64,000 nucleotides of DNA from the human T2T-CHM13v2.0 reference genome, Homo sapiens. The DNA lies in assembly GCF_009914755.1 (NCBI RefSeq), contig NC_060947.1; one strand, written 5' to 3'. Shown piece by piece: positions 1 to 14,214 of the stretch; position 1 is the first letter of the stretch, and each line of letters opens with the position of its first letter. The notes under the pieces were generated by a model. The model had not been told where the DNA came from. It worked only from the letters and a program-made list of their open reading frames with translations, and did no database searches. The translations under genes were made by a program, and so were the position numbers.

Positions 1-571
1 GTGTGGTGATTCCTCAAGGATCTAGAACTAGAAATACTATTTGACCCAGCCATCCCATTATTGGGTATATACCCAAAGGATTATAAATCATGCTGATATA
101 AAGGCACATGCACATGTATGTTTATGGTGGCACTATTCACAATAGCAAAGATTTGGAACCAACCCAAATGTCCATCAATGATAGACTGGATTAAGAAAAT
201 GTGGCACATATACACCATGGAATACTATGCAGCCATAAAAAAGGATGAGTTGATGTCCTTTGTAGGGACATGGATAAAGCTGGAAACCATCATTCTCAGC
301 AAACTATTGCAAGGACAAAAAACCAAACACCGCATGTTCTCACTCATAGGTGGGAATTGACCAATGAGAACACTTGGACACAGGAAGGGGAACATCACAC
401 ACCAGGGCCTGTTGTGGGGTGGGGGGAGGGGAGAGGGATAGCATTAGGAGATATACCTAATGTACATGATGAGTTAATGGGTGCAGCACACCAACATGGT
501 ACATGTATACATATGTAACAAACCTGCACGTTGTGCACATGTACCCTAGAACGTAAAGTATATAAAAAAAA
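1..571 (+). mobile_element. L1PA5/6-like LINE-1 3' end (ORF2 C-terminus, 3'UTR, short poly(A)); continues upstream of the window
   Basis: ORF 118-360 is the L1 ORF2p C-terminus (...HRMFSLIGGN). G-rich 3'UTR tract at 415-440. GTACCCTAGAAC..AAAGTA followed by an A-run at 564-571. Confidence 0.95.
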
Positions 572-1560
572 TCACCAGGGTCCCAGACAGCTGAACTTTC
601 GCGGAGTTTATCTCCCACATTTTGACATCTGTGCCTTAGTAAGGGTATCTAAGGTAATTATTACTTCCGTATCAGTTCAATTAGCATAATTACGTCAGTG
701 TAATAGACCAGTGTAATATTTTCTAGAATGTTGAGATAATCAAGACTCCCTTGGACTGATTGTATTATGACAGAGCAGGAAAATAGATTTTGGTCAATGT
801 AAGACTGAGAAGGTGTGCTGTTGACATTAACAGGTAAAGATATACTGTTTCTGATGATTTTTTCTGATGGGAATTTAAAAGGATGCATTTGCTTGGTCAG
901 TGGCTGCAAAACAAAGTGGCAGAGCTGTTTCAGTTTGCTACAATCTGAAGATACCATGTCTGAAACTGCAGTGGTGAATTGCATCACCCTTTTGTTTATA
1001 ATAATCCACAGTCTTTTATAATACCCACATGACTTTTGCACTTGACAAACAGGTAAATTAAATGAAGTTGTTATAAGAATCAACATCCATGCATTTTTTG
1101 AGGCCTTGGTAGTGGCACTGATCTCTGTAGCTCCCCCCAAAGATAAGGTATTGATTTGGATTTATTATTTGGGTGAGGATATTGAGGGGAGAAACAAGTT
1201 AATAGGATCTTCACTCGGCCCTTTCTACTGCAAGAGCCCTCATTCCATGGTGATTCTGACAGTTTCTAAGTATACTTATTCCTGCTATATATCAAAGGAC
1301 TGGGAAAATCATTACAGAGTGCATCTGTGGGACCAATGGATCCAACGTTAAATAAACTTGGGCCAGTGCTCGGTCTATCCCCTGAATTTCAGAAACTACC
1401 ATTCTGATCAGTAGGCCATGATGGTATTTGGGATCTCCAAGTTAATAAACGGTACCTGATGATTCTTGGAAGAGCTGGAAATTTCTCTTTTCACAGTGCA
1501 TAGTAGCCCTGGTAAAGGGTTGCATTTCTTTCCGGGTGAGATTTAAAGGAAGATTCACTG
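572..1560 (-). mobile_element. Decayed class III ERV (ERVL-type) pro/pol RT region
   Basis: ORF 661-1140 (GGATEISATTK...TTSFNLPVCQVQK...AVSDMVS...NITLVYYTDVIMLI) resembles ERVL RT (GGIAEISATIKDLKD...TSPFNSPIWPVQK...AVPDVVS...NITLVHYIDDIMLI). Confidence 0.8.
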
Positions 1561-1562
1561 TA

Positions 1563-2594
1563 CAGGCACATCTTGTTTAGTGGCGCTTTGCTTTACTGCA
1601 CTTTGCAGATACTATGTTTGCTACAAATAGAAGATTTGTGGCAACCCTGCATTGGTTAAGTTTACTGGTGTCATTTTTCCTACAGAATGTGCTCACTTTG
1701 TGTCTCTGTGTCACATTTTGGTCATTCTCACAATATTTCAAACTGTTTCATGATTGTTATATCTTTTATGGTAATCTGTCATCAGAGATCTTTCTTGTTA
1801 CTATTATAATTGTTTTGGGGTGCCAGGCATGCCCATATAAGACACTGAAGTTAATCAGTAAATATTGTGCTTATTCTGACGGCTCCACCAACCGGCCATT
1901 CCCCCATCTCTCTTTCTCTCCTCTGGCCCCCTTATTCCCTGAGATAAAACAATATTGGAATTAGTCCAATTAATAACCCTGCAATGGCTTCTAAATGTTC
2001 AAGTAAAAGGAAGAGTTGCACATCTTTCACTTTAAATCAAAAGCTAGAAATGATTAAGCTTAGTGAGGAAAGCAGGTCAAAAGCTGAGACAGGCTGGGAG
2101 CTGGGCCTCTTGTGCCAAAACAGCAGCAGGGTTTGAGAGGATTGACTCCAGTCTTGAAGGAAGTTCTACTGTGTGTAACATGCTATTAAACAGCATCACA
2201 TGCTATAGAGAAATCTTTCATGAAAGGAAGGGTCAATCGATGTGGCAAACTTCATTGTTGTCTTATTTTGAGAAATTGCCACAGCCACCCTACCCTGATC
2301 AGTTAGCAGCCATCCACATTGAGGCAAGACCCTCTGCCAACATGAAGATGACGACTTGCTGAAGGCTCAGATGATCATTAGCATTTTTAGCAATAGAGTA
2401 TTTTTAAATTAAGGTATGTACATTGATTTTTAAAGACATAATGTTATTACACACTTAATAGACTAAAGTATACTTTAAACATAACTTTTATATGCACTGG
2501 GAAGCCAAAAAGTATGTGTGACTTGCCACATTGATATATTAACTGTTTTATAGTGTTCTGGAACTGTACACGCCCTGTCTCCGGCATATACCTG
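1563..2594 (+). mobile_element. Tigger1 (TcMar) DNA transposon, internally deleted, inserted in the ERVL
   Basis: Begins CAGGCAC.. and ends ..ATACCTG, with TA on both sides (1561-62, 2595-96). Transposase N-terminus [25 protein letters not shown] starts at 1984. C-terminus [18 protein letters not shown] is in ORF 2063-2362. Confidence 0.92.
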
Positions 2595-2596
2595 TA

Positions 2597-3960
2597 TAGA
2601 CTTGTGGTTGCATTGTAAGATTCTTCCAAAAAGAGGCATTGCCTCCCCTACAATCAAGGATCTCTAGGCCTGTAAAAAGGAATAGGCTGGGAACCAAATA
2701 AGAGACCATTATGATTTCTTACTATGGCAACTTGAGTCAGGTTTCTACTAAAATGTTTCCTCTTGCACAGATTAATTGCACCTTAGTAGGCTACCTATCT
2801 CATTCATTTCTCTGAATCTTGTGATTAATTAGCTACCACACCGATCACTGCAGGCCAGAAAACATTCTATATGTGCCTTATTGTGGTAATTTGGCCATCT
2901 TGTCAATGATGGTTAAGCACACCACCTGGCCACACTTCTCTGGGATATAATTATTATTGTTCAAAGCTGGGCTCCCAATTCCATGTTGATAACTACCACA
3001 ATAACCTTGGGATATGGAGGGAAACCACCATAGATCTTTCTTAGCACGGATTTTGTAATGCCTTCGTGAAGACACTGTCTTCTGGTCTCTCCCAAAGGCT
3101 GTAGTTAAGGCGTGACTGAGCAAGTTACGTGAAACAGATCTGTGACTTTCCCATCTTTCTTCTTAAATCTTTGTGTTCCTTTCTTAAAACTATACTAAGA
3201 AAGTCTGATACCTTAACCCAGTTGACTGTATGCTACAATTGATTTTAAATAACCAAGTCAAAAGACAGTTAGCAATACTCCCAAGTGCTCAAGTTAACAA
3301 ATTAAATCCAGAATTTCAGATAAATACACCCATATCAATAAATTCAACCAAATACAATTTCATGTTTTTCCTTGTTGGTCTAATACTCTTTGTATACATT
3401 TCCATATCTGCCCTTCAAATTCCTGCTGACATAAATTAGCAAACCTTGCAACTCTTTTAACACATACATTATCTCCTCCCTGATCACATCTTGCATTTCT
3501 TCTGTGGTATATTGGGACCTAATTTTAAATCCTACATTCAATAAAGGATACTGACAATAGATTCTGAGAAGAATAAATATTTTTTGTGAGGCAACTTCCT
3601 CAGGTGAAGACATTGAAAAGACTTCATGCAAAGGAAGAATGGCACCCTCACATTAATGGGTTGGGGTGGATTGCTACTGCTTCTGGATCTGCCCAAATGT
3701 CCTCATCCCACAGCTTATGGTCCCACACTTTTCCTACTATTGCCCTTAACCTAGCATAACTTGGTGAGGTTGTGACAGTGCTACAACTTTTGAATTCTTA
3801 CAATCAGGCCTTTGTCCTGCTTCTCAGCCATGTCTGCCCTTAATATAGGTAGGTTAATGAAGGGATTCTAGTTAAGACTGCCAGAGACTCTGATTCTCCA
3901 TTCTCTGCTTTGATTTGAGAATTTAAGGTATTAGGTTTATCTTTTCGTCCTACTTCTCTG
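2597..3960 (-). mobile_element. ERVL-type gag region, 5' part of the same provirus as 572-1560
   Basis: The minus strand at ~3780-3840 reads RADMAEKQDKGLIVRIQKL, similar to ERVL Gag RAEIAENQTQNLILRVAEL. It is colinear with the pol piece across the Tigger1. Confidence 0.65.
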
Positions 3961-3979
3961 AACACTCATTCATGTTCTC

Positions 3980-4685
3980 CTTCAGATGCTTTCCTCCTCA
4001 ATATAGTCATTAAACATTGGAGTTACTCAAGACTTGCTACTGGGCCCTCTCCTCTTCACATTGTATTCTCTCTCTTTGAGAAAGTATCCATTTCCAGTAG
4101 TTTCAATGATCATTTGATGTCTGTAGGCACCTCAAAATCTACATGTACAAAATGTAACCATTACTCCTTTAATATTTGCTCTTCCCCTTATGTTTCTTAT
4201 TTCAGTGAATGGCACTGCAACCCACACAGTTGACAATGGCAAAATCTTTGATATCGCTTCCAATTTCTCACTCTCAATCATGACCACCCACATCCAACTT
4301 ATCAATAATTATTGTAAACTGTATGTCCTAAAATTTTACAAAAAACTACATTCTAGACAAAAAAAACCTCCAGGAAGGTAGGAAGAGTATATTTTTCTCT
4401 ACTGTTTCATCACCATGTGGCATGTAGTAGGTTGCTGATAAATATTGCTGTATTAATGAATCAATCCATAATTGAACAAATGAATGAGTATGCACTTTTC
4501 TCCTCATTTTCTTTGCTACTATTCTACTTCAGGTTACCATTACTTCTCACCTGACTTACCACAATGCCTTCTTAACTGGTCTCTCTAACTTTAGTCATCT
4601 GTGCTTTCATCTATCCATCATGCTGTAGTCAGATTTACCTCTCCATTCAGGCCATCTCTTTGTGTAAAAGCTTTCAATATCTTAA
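3980..4685 (+). mobile_element. L2 LINE fragments
   Basis: GGAGTTACTCAAGACTTGCTACTGGGCCCTCTCCTCTTC resembles the RT GVPQGSVLGPLLF motif. L2 tail at 4420-4490. Segment 4500-4685 resumes at ~14215. Confidence 0.7.
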
Positions 4686-5212
4686 AGATGTAATAGTTGC
4701 ATTTTTCTCTATTCCCCCTACTAAGTACAATGAAAAGCCCTGGGCAATATGTATAAAATAAACGTACAAAGATGCTCAAAGGCGAAGAGAAGAAGGCAGA
4801 TCAGCTAGGGACCTTGACATGCAAAGAATGACAAGGTGGTGACTTCTCTGAGTTTTCTTTTTGCTTCATATATACAAGTCTGATTATGGAGAAGCTGGTA
4901 ACTAGGAAACACTAATGGGATGCAGACAGAAAAAAAAAAAGCCGTAACAAAAGCCTGTTCTCTCTAATCAAAAACCCAGGAAAGGGACGGGTTAGCAAGA
5001 GAGAAAGCTTTTAGAAAATAACTGCTTTACTGCAGCCAAACACCACATTTAAAACCATGGCTCCAATCCCAAATCATGCCAGCAGAAGCCACATGGGGAT
5101 CTAAGACTTCCACCCACACCATGCTGTCATGAGGTGCCCCAAATCCACACATCCCCACCACTGCTGGAATGGTGTCAGAGGAGGCTTAGTGGAGAGAGAG
5201 AGAGAGACAGGA

Positions 5213-5542
<330 letters not shown>

Positions 5543-6261
5543 TGATAACAATGCGAACTTCCTTTCCTCTCCACAAAGTGTCAGTGGAGGTCATGTGAGG
5601 AGCAGTAATGAAACACCCTACTCCTCCCATTCAGGGACTTTTCAGTGGAAGCCTAGAGGACAGATAGAAATTCCACCTCTGCCCAGCAGTAGTGAAAAGG
5701 CCCCCTTGGGTATTGTAGAAGATTAAATGGGGAAACTAGACTTCTACCTCCACCTGTCAGTAAAGATGATGTACTCCCTCCCGTCTGCCTCCAGAGCAGT
5801 GTAAAAAAATAAAAAACCAGTTAAACACAAGATTTAGAAAAGATCCACAGTCTCATCATAATAGTCAAACTGCATAAGTTTAAATAAAAAAATCACTCTG
5901 CATACCAGGAGCTAGAAAGGTCTCAAACAGAATGAAAAGAGATAATCAATAGCTGCCAATACAGAGATAAAAAAGATGTTAGATATATATGACAATGATT
6001 TTAAAGCAACTATCATAAGATGCTTCAATGAGCAATCACAAATATGCTGGAAACCAGTGAAAAAATAGAATTTCAGCAAAGAAACATAAAATGTAGAGAA
6101 GAACTAAATCGAAATTCTAGAACTGGAAAATATAACAACAACAACAACAACAACAAAAACACTGAAAGGATGAGCTCAACAGAAGAATGGAGAGGGCAAA
6201 AGGATCAGTGAGTTTGAAGATAGGACAATAGAAATTATCTAATCTGAACAGCAATAAAAAT

Positions 6262-6652
6262 ACCAAATAAATCAGGCACAGAAAGATGAATACCACACAT
6301 TCATACATATGTGGAGGCTTAAAAAGTTGGTCTCATAGACAGAGAGAGTAGAATAGTGGTTACTAGAGACTGGGAAGGTGTGGGGAGGATAGCCAGAGGT
6401 AAGGTGGGTTAATGGATACAAAATCACAGCTAGATGGGAGGAATAAGTTCTAGCATTCTATAACACTGCAGGGTAATTATAATTAACAATTTATTGGATA
6501 TTTTCAAATAGCTAGAAGAGCAAATTTTGAATGTTCCTGACACCAGTTACCCTGATTTTATCATTGTACATTGTATACATGTATGAAAATATCATGCGTA
6601 CCCCATAAATATGTACAATTATTATGTATCAATTAAAAATAATAATATAAGG
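6262..6652 (+). mobile_element. L1MA-type 3' end fragment nested in L1MD ORF1
   Basis: AATAAATCAGGCACAGAAAGA...TAGCTAGAAGAG...CCCCATAAATATGTACAATTATTATGTATCAATTAAAAA. Confidence 0.8.
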
Positions 6653-6719
6653 AAAAATAGACTAAAAAATGAATAGACTGAGGGATCTCTGGAATTATAA
6701 CAAAAGATCTAACATTCTT

Positions 6720-7042
6720 CTCCTTCTTTTCTCCTTCTCCTTCTCCTTATACTTCTTCTTTTGAGATAGGGTATCACTCTGTCGCCCAGGCTGGAGTGCA
6801 GTGGCACAATCTTGGCTCACTGCAACCTATTCCTCCTGGGCTCAAGATATCCTCCAACCTCGGCCTCCTAAGTGGCTGGAACTACAGGTGTGTGCCACCA
6901 CACCAGGCTAATTTTTGTATTTTTTATAGAGACAGATTCACTATGTTGCCCAGGCTGGCCTTGAGCTCCTGGGCTCAAGTAGGCCACCTGCCTTGGTTTC
7001 CCAAAGTGCTGAGATTACTGGTGTGAGCTGCTGCACCTGGCC
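6720..7042 (-). mobile_element. AluJ whose tail has decayed into a CT-rich microsatellite
   Basis: Alu body; TSD ATCTAACATTCTT at 6707-6719 and 7044-7056. Confidence 0.9.
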
Positions 7043-7224
7043 AATCTAACATTCTTATAATCAGAGTTCTGGAAGTAGAGAAGGAGGGCGGGGACAAAAA
7101 AGTACTCAAAACAATAATAGCTAAAAATTTCCTAAATTTGGCAGCCATGAATCTACAGATTTAAGAAGCTGGGCAAACCTCAAACAGGATAAACACAAAG
7201 AAAGCCATACAAAGACACATCATA

Positions 7225-7752
<528 letters not shown>

Positions 7753-9081
7753 TTAAGAGGAAAATCAACATATTCTTGGGTGAAGGAAATCTAAGAAAAC
7801 TTGTCACCAGCAGAGCTATCCTAAAACAATGGCTAAAGGAAGTTCTCTAAACTAAAAGGAAACAATAAAAAAAAAAAAGGAATCTGGGAACACTAGGAAG
7901 AAAGAACATGGTAAGCAAAATATATGGATAAACACAATAGGCTTTTCTCCTCTTGAGTCCTCTAAGTTAAGTCTAACGGTTGAAGCAGAAATTATGACAT
8001 TGACTGGTTACAAATGTATGTTGGGGAACTATTTAAGACAATTAATTTATAAAAGTAGAAGGGTAAACAAATGTAAAGAGAGGTAAGATTTCTACACTTC
8101 ACTCAAATTCTTAAATAACAGCAATAGACTGTGACAAGTTATATATATGTAATGTAATGCCTAGAACCTCTTTAAAAGCTATGGAAAGAGATAATATTCA
8201 AAATTGCTAGAGGTAAATCAAAATGATATTAAAAAAACTAAGTACACTCAGGAAAGCAGAAAAGGAAAACAGGAACACAAAAAACAGAGGGTACAAACAA
8301 AGATAATGACAATAATACTTTTTAAAATACCAAACTTAAGTTCCAATAGATCAATATTTGCATCGAATGTAAGTGATCTAAACACACCAATTAAAGACAG
8401 AGATTGGTGAAGTGGATACAAAAATATGACCTAAACTATACATTGTCTAAAAGACACTTACTTTAAACAAGGATATAGACAAATTGAAGGTAAAAGGATA
8501 TAGGCAAATTGAAGGAAAATACATATCAGGAAAATGTTAAACAAAATATGGTAGAGTGGGTATATTCATATTAGATATTAGAGCAAAGAAAATTACCAGA
8601 GATAGAGAAGAATGTTATAAAAAGGGCAAGTTCACCAAGAAGATATAGCAATTCTAAATGCACCAAAGAGAATTGTAAAGTATGTGAAACAAAAACTGAT
8701 ATACTCGAGACCAACAGAGAATTCCACAATGATTGTTGGAGACTTCAATATCCTTCTCTCAGCAATTGATAGAACAACTATGCGCACACACAAAAATCAC
8801 CAAGAATATAAAAGAACTCAACAACCCCGTCAACCAAGAGGATCTAATCAAAATTTATAAAACCACTTCACCAAACAAAAACAGAATACACATTTCTTAC
8901 AAGTGCCCACTGAACATATACCAAGATACACCATACCCAAACCCATAATATAAGTTTCAACAAATTCTTAAAAAATTGAAATCATACAAGTGGTTCTCCA
9001 ACCAAAATAAAATCAAAATAGAAATCAACAACAGAAAAACAATAGGAAAATCACCAAACACTTGAAAACTAAACAACACAC

Positions 9082-11220
9082 TTTATTTTTTCCTTTTGTT
9101 ATTTTTCAATCTTTTAGTTTAGTTTTAGGGGTACATGTGCAGGTTTGTTATATAGGTAAATTGAGTCTTGCAGGGGTTTAATGTACAGATTATTTCATCA
9201 CCTAGGTAATAAGCATAGTATCTGATAGGTAGTTTTTTTGATACTCACCCTCCTCCCATGCTCCACCCCCAAGTAGGCCCTGGTGTCTATTGTACTCTTT
9301 TTTTGTGTCCATGTATACTCAATGTTTAGCTCCCACTTATAAATGAGAACATGCAGTATTTGGTTTTCTGTTCTGCATTAGTTTGCTTAGCATAATGGCC
9401 TCCAGTGCTATCCATGTTGCTGCAAAAGACATGATCTCATTCTTTTTTATGGCTGCATAGTATTCCATGGTGTACATGTGTATTTTCTTTATCCATTCTA
9501 CCATCGCTGGGTATTTAGGATGATTCCATGTCTTTGCTATTGTGAATAGTGCTGTGATGAACATATGCAAACATATGACTTTATGGTAGAACAATTCATA
9601 TTCCTTTGGGTATATACCCAATGGATTGCTGGGTAAAATATTAGCTCTGCTCTAAGTTCTTTGAGTAATCTCCAAACTGCTTTCCACAGTGGCTGAAGTA
9701 ATTTACATTCCCACCAGCAGTGTATAAGTATTCCTTTCTCTGCAACTTTGCCAGCATCTGTTATTTTTTCTTTTTACTTTTTAATAATGGCCATACTAAC
9801 TGGTATAAGATGGTATGTCATTGTGGTTTTGAGTTGTATTTCTCTAATGATTAGTGATGCTGAGTGTACTTTCATATGCTTACTGGCCATGTATATATCT
9901 TCTTTTGAAAACTGCTTATGTCCTTTGTCCACTTTGTTATAGGGTTGTTTGCTTTTTGGTTGTAAATTTGTTTAAGTTCCTTATAGATTCTGGAGATTAG
10001 CTGTTTGTTAGGTGCATAGTTTGCAAATATTTTCTCCCATTCTGTAGGTTGTCTGTTGACTTTGTTAGTTTTTTTTGCTTTGCAGATGCTCTTTAGTTTA
10101 ATTAGTTCCCATTTGTCAATTTTCGTTTTTGTTATAATTGCCTTGGGCATCTTTGTCATGAAATCTTTGTCAGGGCCTATGTCCATAATGGTATCTTCTA
10201 GGTTTCCTTCAAGGGTTTTTTATAGCTTTAGGTTTTATGCTTAAGCCTTCAATCCATCTTGAGTTGATTTTTGTGTATGATAAAAGGAAGGGGTCCAGTT
10301 TCAATCTTCTGCATATGGCTAGCCAGTTATCCCAGCAACATTTACTAAAGAGGGAATCCTTTCCCCATTGCTTGTTTTTGTCAACTTCATTAAAAAATCA
10401 GATAGTTGTAGGTGAGCAGCTTTATTTCTGGGCTGTCTATTCTGTTCCATTGGTCCATGTGTCTGTTTTTGTACCAGTACCATGCTGTTTTGGTTACTGT
10501 AGCCTTGTAGTATAGTTTGAAGTTGGGTAATGTGATACCTGCAGCTTTGTTTTCTTTTGCTTAGGATTGCTTTGGCTATTTGGGCTCTGTATTTTCACAC
10601 TACTATAAAGAATATCTGAGACTGGGTATTTTGTAAAGAAAAGAGGTTTATTTAACTCACAGTTCCACATGCCTGAGGAGGCCTCAGGAATCTTACAATC
10701 ATGGCAGAAGATGAAAGGGAAAGCAAGGACCTTCTTCACATGGCAGCAGGACAGAGAGAGAGCAAGTGAAGCAGAAGTGCCACATTTTTAAACCATCAGA
10801 TCTTGTAAGAACTCACTCACTCTCACAAGAACAGCATGGGGGACACTGCCCCCATAATCTAATGACCTCCTACTAGTTCCCTCTCTCGACACGTGGGGAT
10901 TAAAATTTGAGATGAGATTTGGGTGTGGACACAGAGTCAAACTATATCAGGCTATTTTTTGGTTTCGTATGAATTTTAGAACAGTTTTTCTAATTCTGTG
11001 AAGAATGTCACTGGTAGTTTGACAGGAATAGCATTGAATCTGTAAATTGCTTTGGGCAGTATTGTCATTTTAACAATATCGGTTCTTCATATGCATGAGC
11101 ATGGGATGTATTTCTATTTGTGTCATCTATGATTTTGTTCAGCAGTGTTTTGTAATTCTTGTAGAGATCTTTCACCCCCCTGGTTAGCTGTATTCCTAGG
11201 TATTTTACTTATTTATTTTG
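9082..11220 (-). mobile_element. 5'-truncated L1PA15/16-like LINE-1, antisense within L1MD
   Basis: Reverse ORF2 C-terminal ORFs at 9337-9621 and 9872-10186. 3'UTR at 9120-9330. Degenerate TSD AACACACTT/AACACAGTT. Confidence 0.88.
10588..10949 (-). mobile_element. THE1D/MSTA-like MaLR solo LTR
   Basis: TG...CA termini, ACTCACAGTTCCACATG, GATGAGATTTGGGTG; 5-bp TSD GGCTC/GGCTA. Confidence 0.9.
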
Positions 11221-11527
11221 AACACAGTTTAAATAATCCACGAGTTAAAGAGGAAATCTTAAAGGAAATAAAAATATAATTGCGCCAATGCAAATGAAAA
11301 TGCAACATATCAAAATTTGTAGGAAGCAGCTAAAGCAGTGCTGAGAGTGAAATTTATGAAATGAAGCACAGATATAAGAAAGGAGGAAAAGTCTGAAATC
11401 AATTCTATAGGCTCATATTTCCAGAATCTAGAAAAAGAGGAGCAACAAACTCAGTGTAAGCACCAGGAAGAAAACAAAAAAGATAAAAACACAGATTAGT
11501 AAAGTTGGAATCAGAAAACAGTAGAAA

Positions 11528-11840
11528 GCTGGGTGCAGTGACTTGAGCCTGTAATTCGAGTACTTTGGGAAGCCGGGGCAGGAGGATCGCATAAGGATTT
11601 CAAGACCAGCCTGGGCGGCATAGTGAAACTCCATGTCCACAAAATTAAAAAAAAAATAGCCAGGCATGATGGCATGTGCTTGTTGTTCCAGCTACTTAGA
11701 ACGCTGAGGAGGGAGAATCCCTCAAGTTGAGGAGGTTGTGCTGCAGTGAGCTATGATCGTGCCACTGCACTCCAGCCTGGGTGACAGAGTGATACCCTGT
11801 AAAAAAAAAAAAAAAAAAAAGAAAGAAAGAAAGAAAGAAA
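11528..11840 (+). mobile_element. AluJ with poly(A)+(GAAA)n tail
   Basis: Diverged dimeric Alu; GCAGTGAGCTATGATCGTGCCACTGCACTCCAGCCTGGG. Confidence 0.88.
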
Positions 11841-14214
11841 ATAACAGAAAAAAATCAACAAATCAATGAGACAAAGAACTGGTTCTTTGTAAAGAACCAT
11901 CTTCTACCAAAGATGACAAACAAATAAGAGAAAAGATACAGATTACCAACTGCAGGAAGTAAACAGTCACTTATCACTAAAAATCCTCAGACATCAAAAT
12001 AAGGGATAACTTATGAACAACTCCATACTAATATATTTAACAAGTTAGATGAAATGGACCAATTCTTCAAAATAACCTCGCAAGCTATTCTAATTCATCC
12101 AATATGAAATCACTCATTTGAATAGACCTATAATTATTAAAATAATTGATTTTATAATTTTAAAATTAAGTTCCCAATCAAGAAATCTGCACTCCCAGAT
12201 GGTTTCACTGGAGAACTCTGCCAAAGTTTAAAGAAATATTTACATCAAATTTCCACATTCTCTTACAGAAAATAGAAGAGTAGGGAACACTTTTATATTC
12301 ATTTTATGAATCTAATATTACTCTAATACCATAAATCACATAAAGAGAGTAAGAAACCCTACACACCAATAGATGCAAACATCATTAGCAAAATATTAAC
12401 AAAGAGAATTCAGTAGAATATAAAAGAATTATACACCATGACCAAGTACAGTTTATTTCAAGAATACAAGGCTGGTTCAATATTTAAAATTCTATCAATG
12501 TTATGTCTATCCATCATATTAACAAATGAAAGAAAAAAATGATATGACCTCATCAGTCGATGCAGAAAAGATATTTGATGAAATTCAACACTAATTTATG
12601 ATTTTTAAAACTCACAAAAATAGAATTTGAAAGGGATTTCCTCAACTCAGTAAAAAAATCTATGAAAAATGAACTATTAACATTATACTTAACGGTGAAA
12701 GACTGAATCCTCTCACCTTAAAACTGGGAAAAAGGCAAGGATGCCTATTCTCACCATCCTTATTCAACATAGTTCTGGAAATTCCTGCCAGTGCAATACA
12801 GCTAGAAAAGAAAATAAAAGACATGTAGATCAGAAAGGAATAAATAAAACTATTTTTATTTGAAGATATGATTATCTAAATAGAAAATTACAAGGAAACT
12901 ATAAAATGACAATAAAACAACAACAAATGAACAAATTTCTAGAACAAATAAGTGATTTCAGCATCAAAATGTGGACATTTAAGATTAAAATTTAATACTA
13001 TTTGTAATCATTCAAAAAGTGAAATACATAGGCATAAACTTAACAAAATACAGAAAGGAATGTACATAATGTCAACAAAAGAAATAAAATAAGATGTAAA
13101 TAAATGGAGATGCATATATGTTCATGGATTGGAAAAGTTAACATAGAAAAGATGTCAGTTTTTTCCAAACTTATTTAACACAATTCCTATCAAAATCCCA
13201 GCAAGATTTTTTTGTAGATATACACAAGATTATTATAAAATCTACATGGAAAGGGAAAGGAATTACAATCGCTTAAACAATATTTTAAAAGAAGAGAAAA
13301 GGTAGAGGAACCAGTCTACTAATTTCAAAACTTATATACCTACAGTAACCATGACTGTGTGGTCTTAGCCAAGGTTAAGACACAGAGATCAACAAAATAG
13401 AACAGGCAATCCAGAAATAGAACCACATGTATATACCCAGTTGATTTTTGATAAAGATGCAAAAGGAATTCAATATAGGAAAGATAGCCTTTTCACAAAA
13501 GGATTCTGGATAATTTGGGGACATCCATGTGCAACAAAATGAACTTTAACATAATTCCCTCACCTTATTAAAAAACTAACTGAAGATGGATAATGGACAT
13601 AAACATAAAATATAAAACTAAAACCCTTATTATTAAAAAATAGAAAATCACCAAGATCAAGAGATAAATACAGACTTTCTAGACTTGACTTGAAAAGCAA
13701 GAGCTATGACAGGAAAAATTGATAAATAGAACTACATCAAAATTTAAAATTTTGGTTTTTGAAAGAGTCTGTTAAGAGGATGAAAAAAGAAACTATAAAA
13801 TGGGAGAAAATATTTCTAAGCTAAATATCCAACATAAAGCAGTTCCAAAAGGTTACATACCGTTCGATTTCATTTATATAAAAAACCAAAAAGACAAAAT
13901 TGTAGAAATGGAGAATATATTAGTGGTGGCTAGGGTTTGAGGAGCTGGGGAGAAAGAGGGATGTGGAGGCGGCTATAAAAGGGCAAAATGCGGGATCCAT
14001 GTGGTGATGAAAGGTTCTTTGTCTTTACTTTATCAAGGTCAATATCTTGATTGTGGTAACGTATTAAAGTTTTGTAAGATTTTACCTTTGGGGAAACTGG
14101 GTAAAAGGCATAGAAGGTCTCTCTGTATTATCTCTTATAACTGCATGTGAGCCTACATTTATATCAAAATAGAAATTAAATTTTAAAATACTATTTTTTT
14201 TTAAGTTCACTGTT

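Noticed and set aside
415-440. G-quadruplex-like tract
   Set aside because: Standard L1 3'UTR polypurine tract, not locus-specific.
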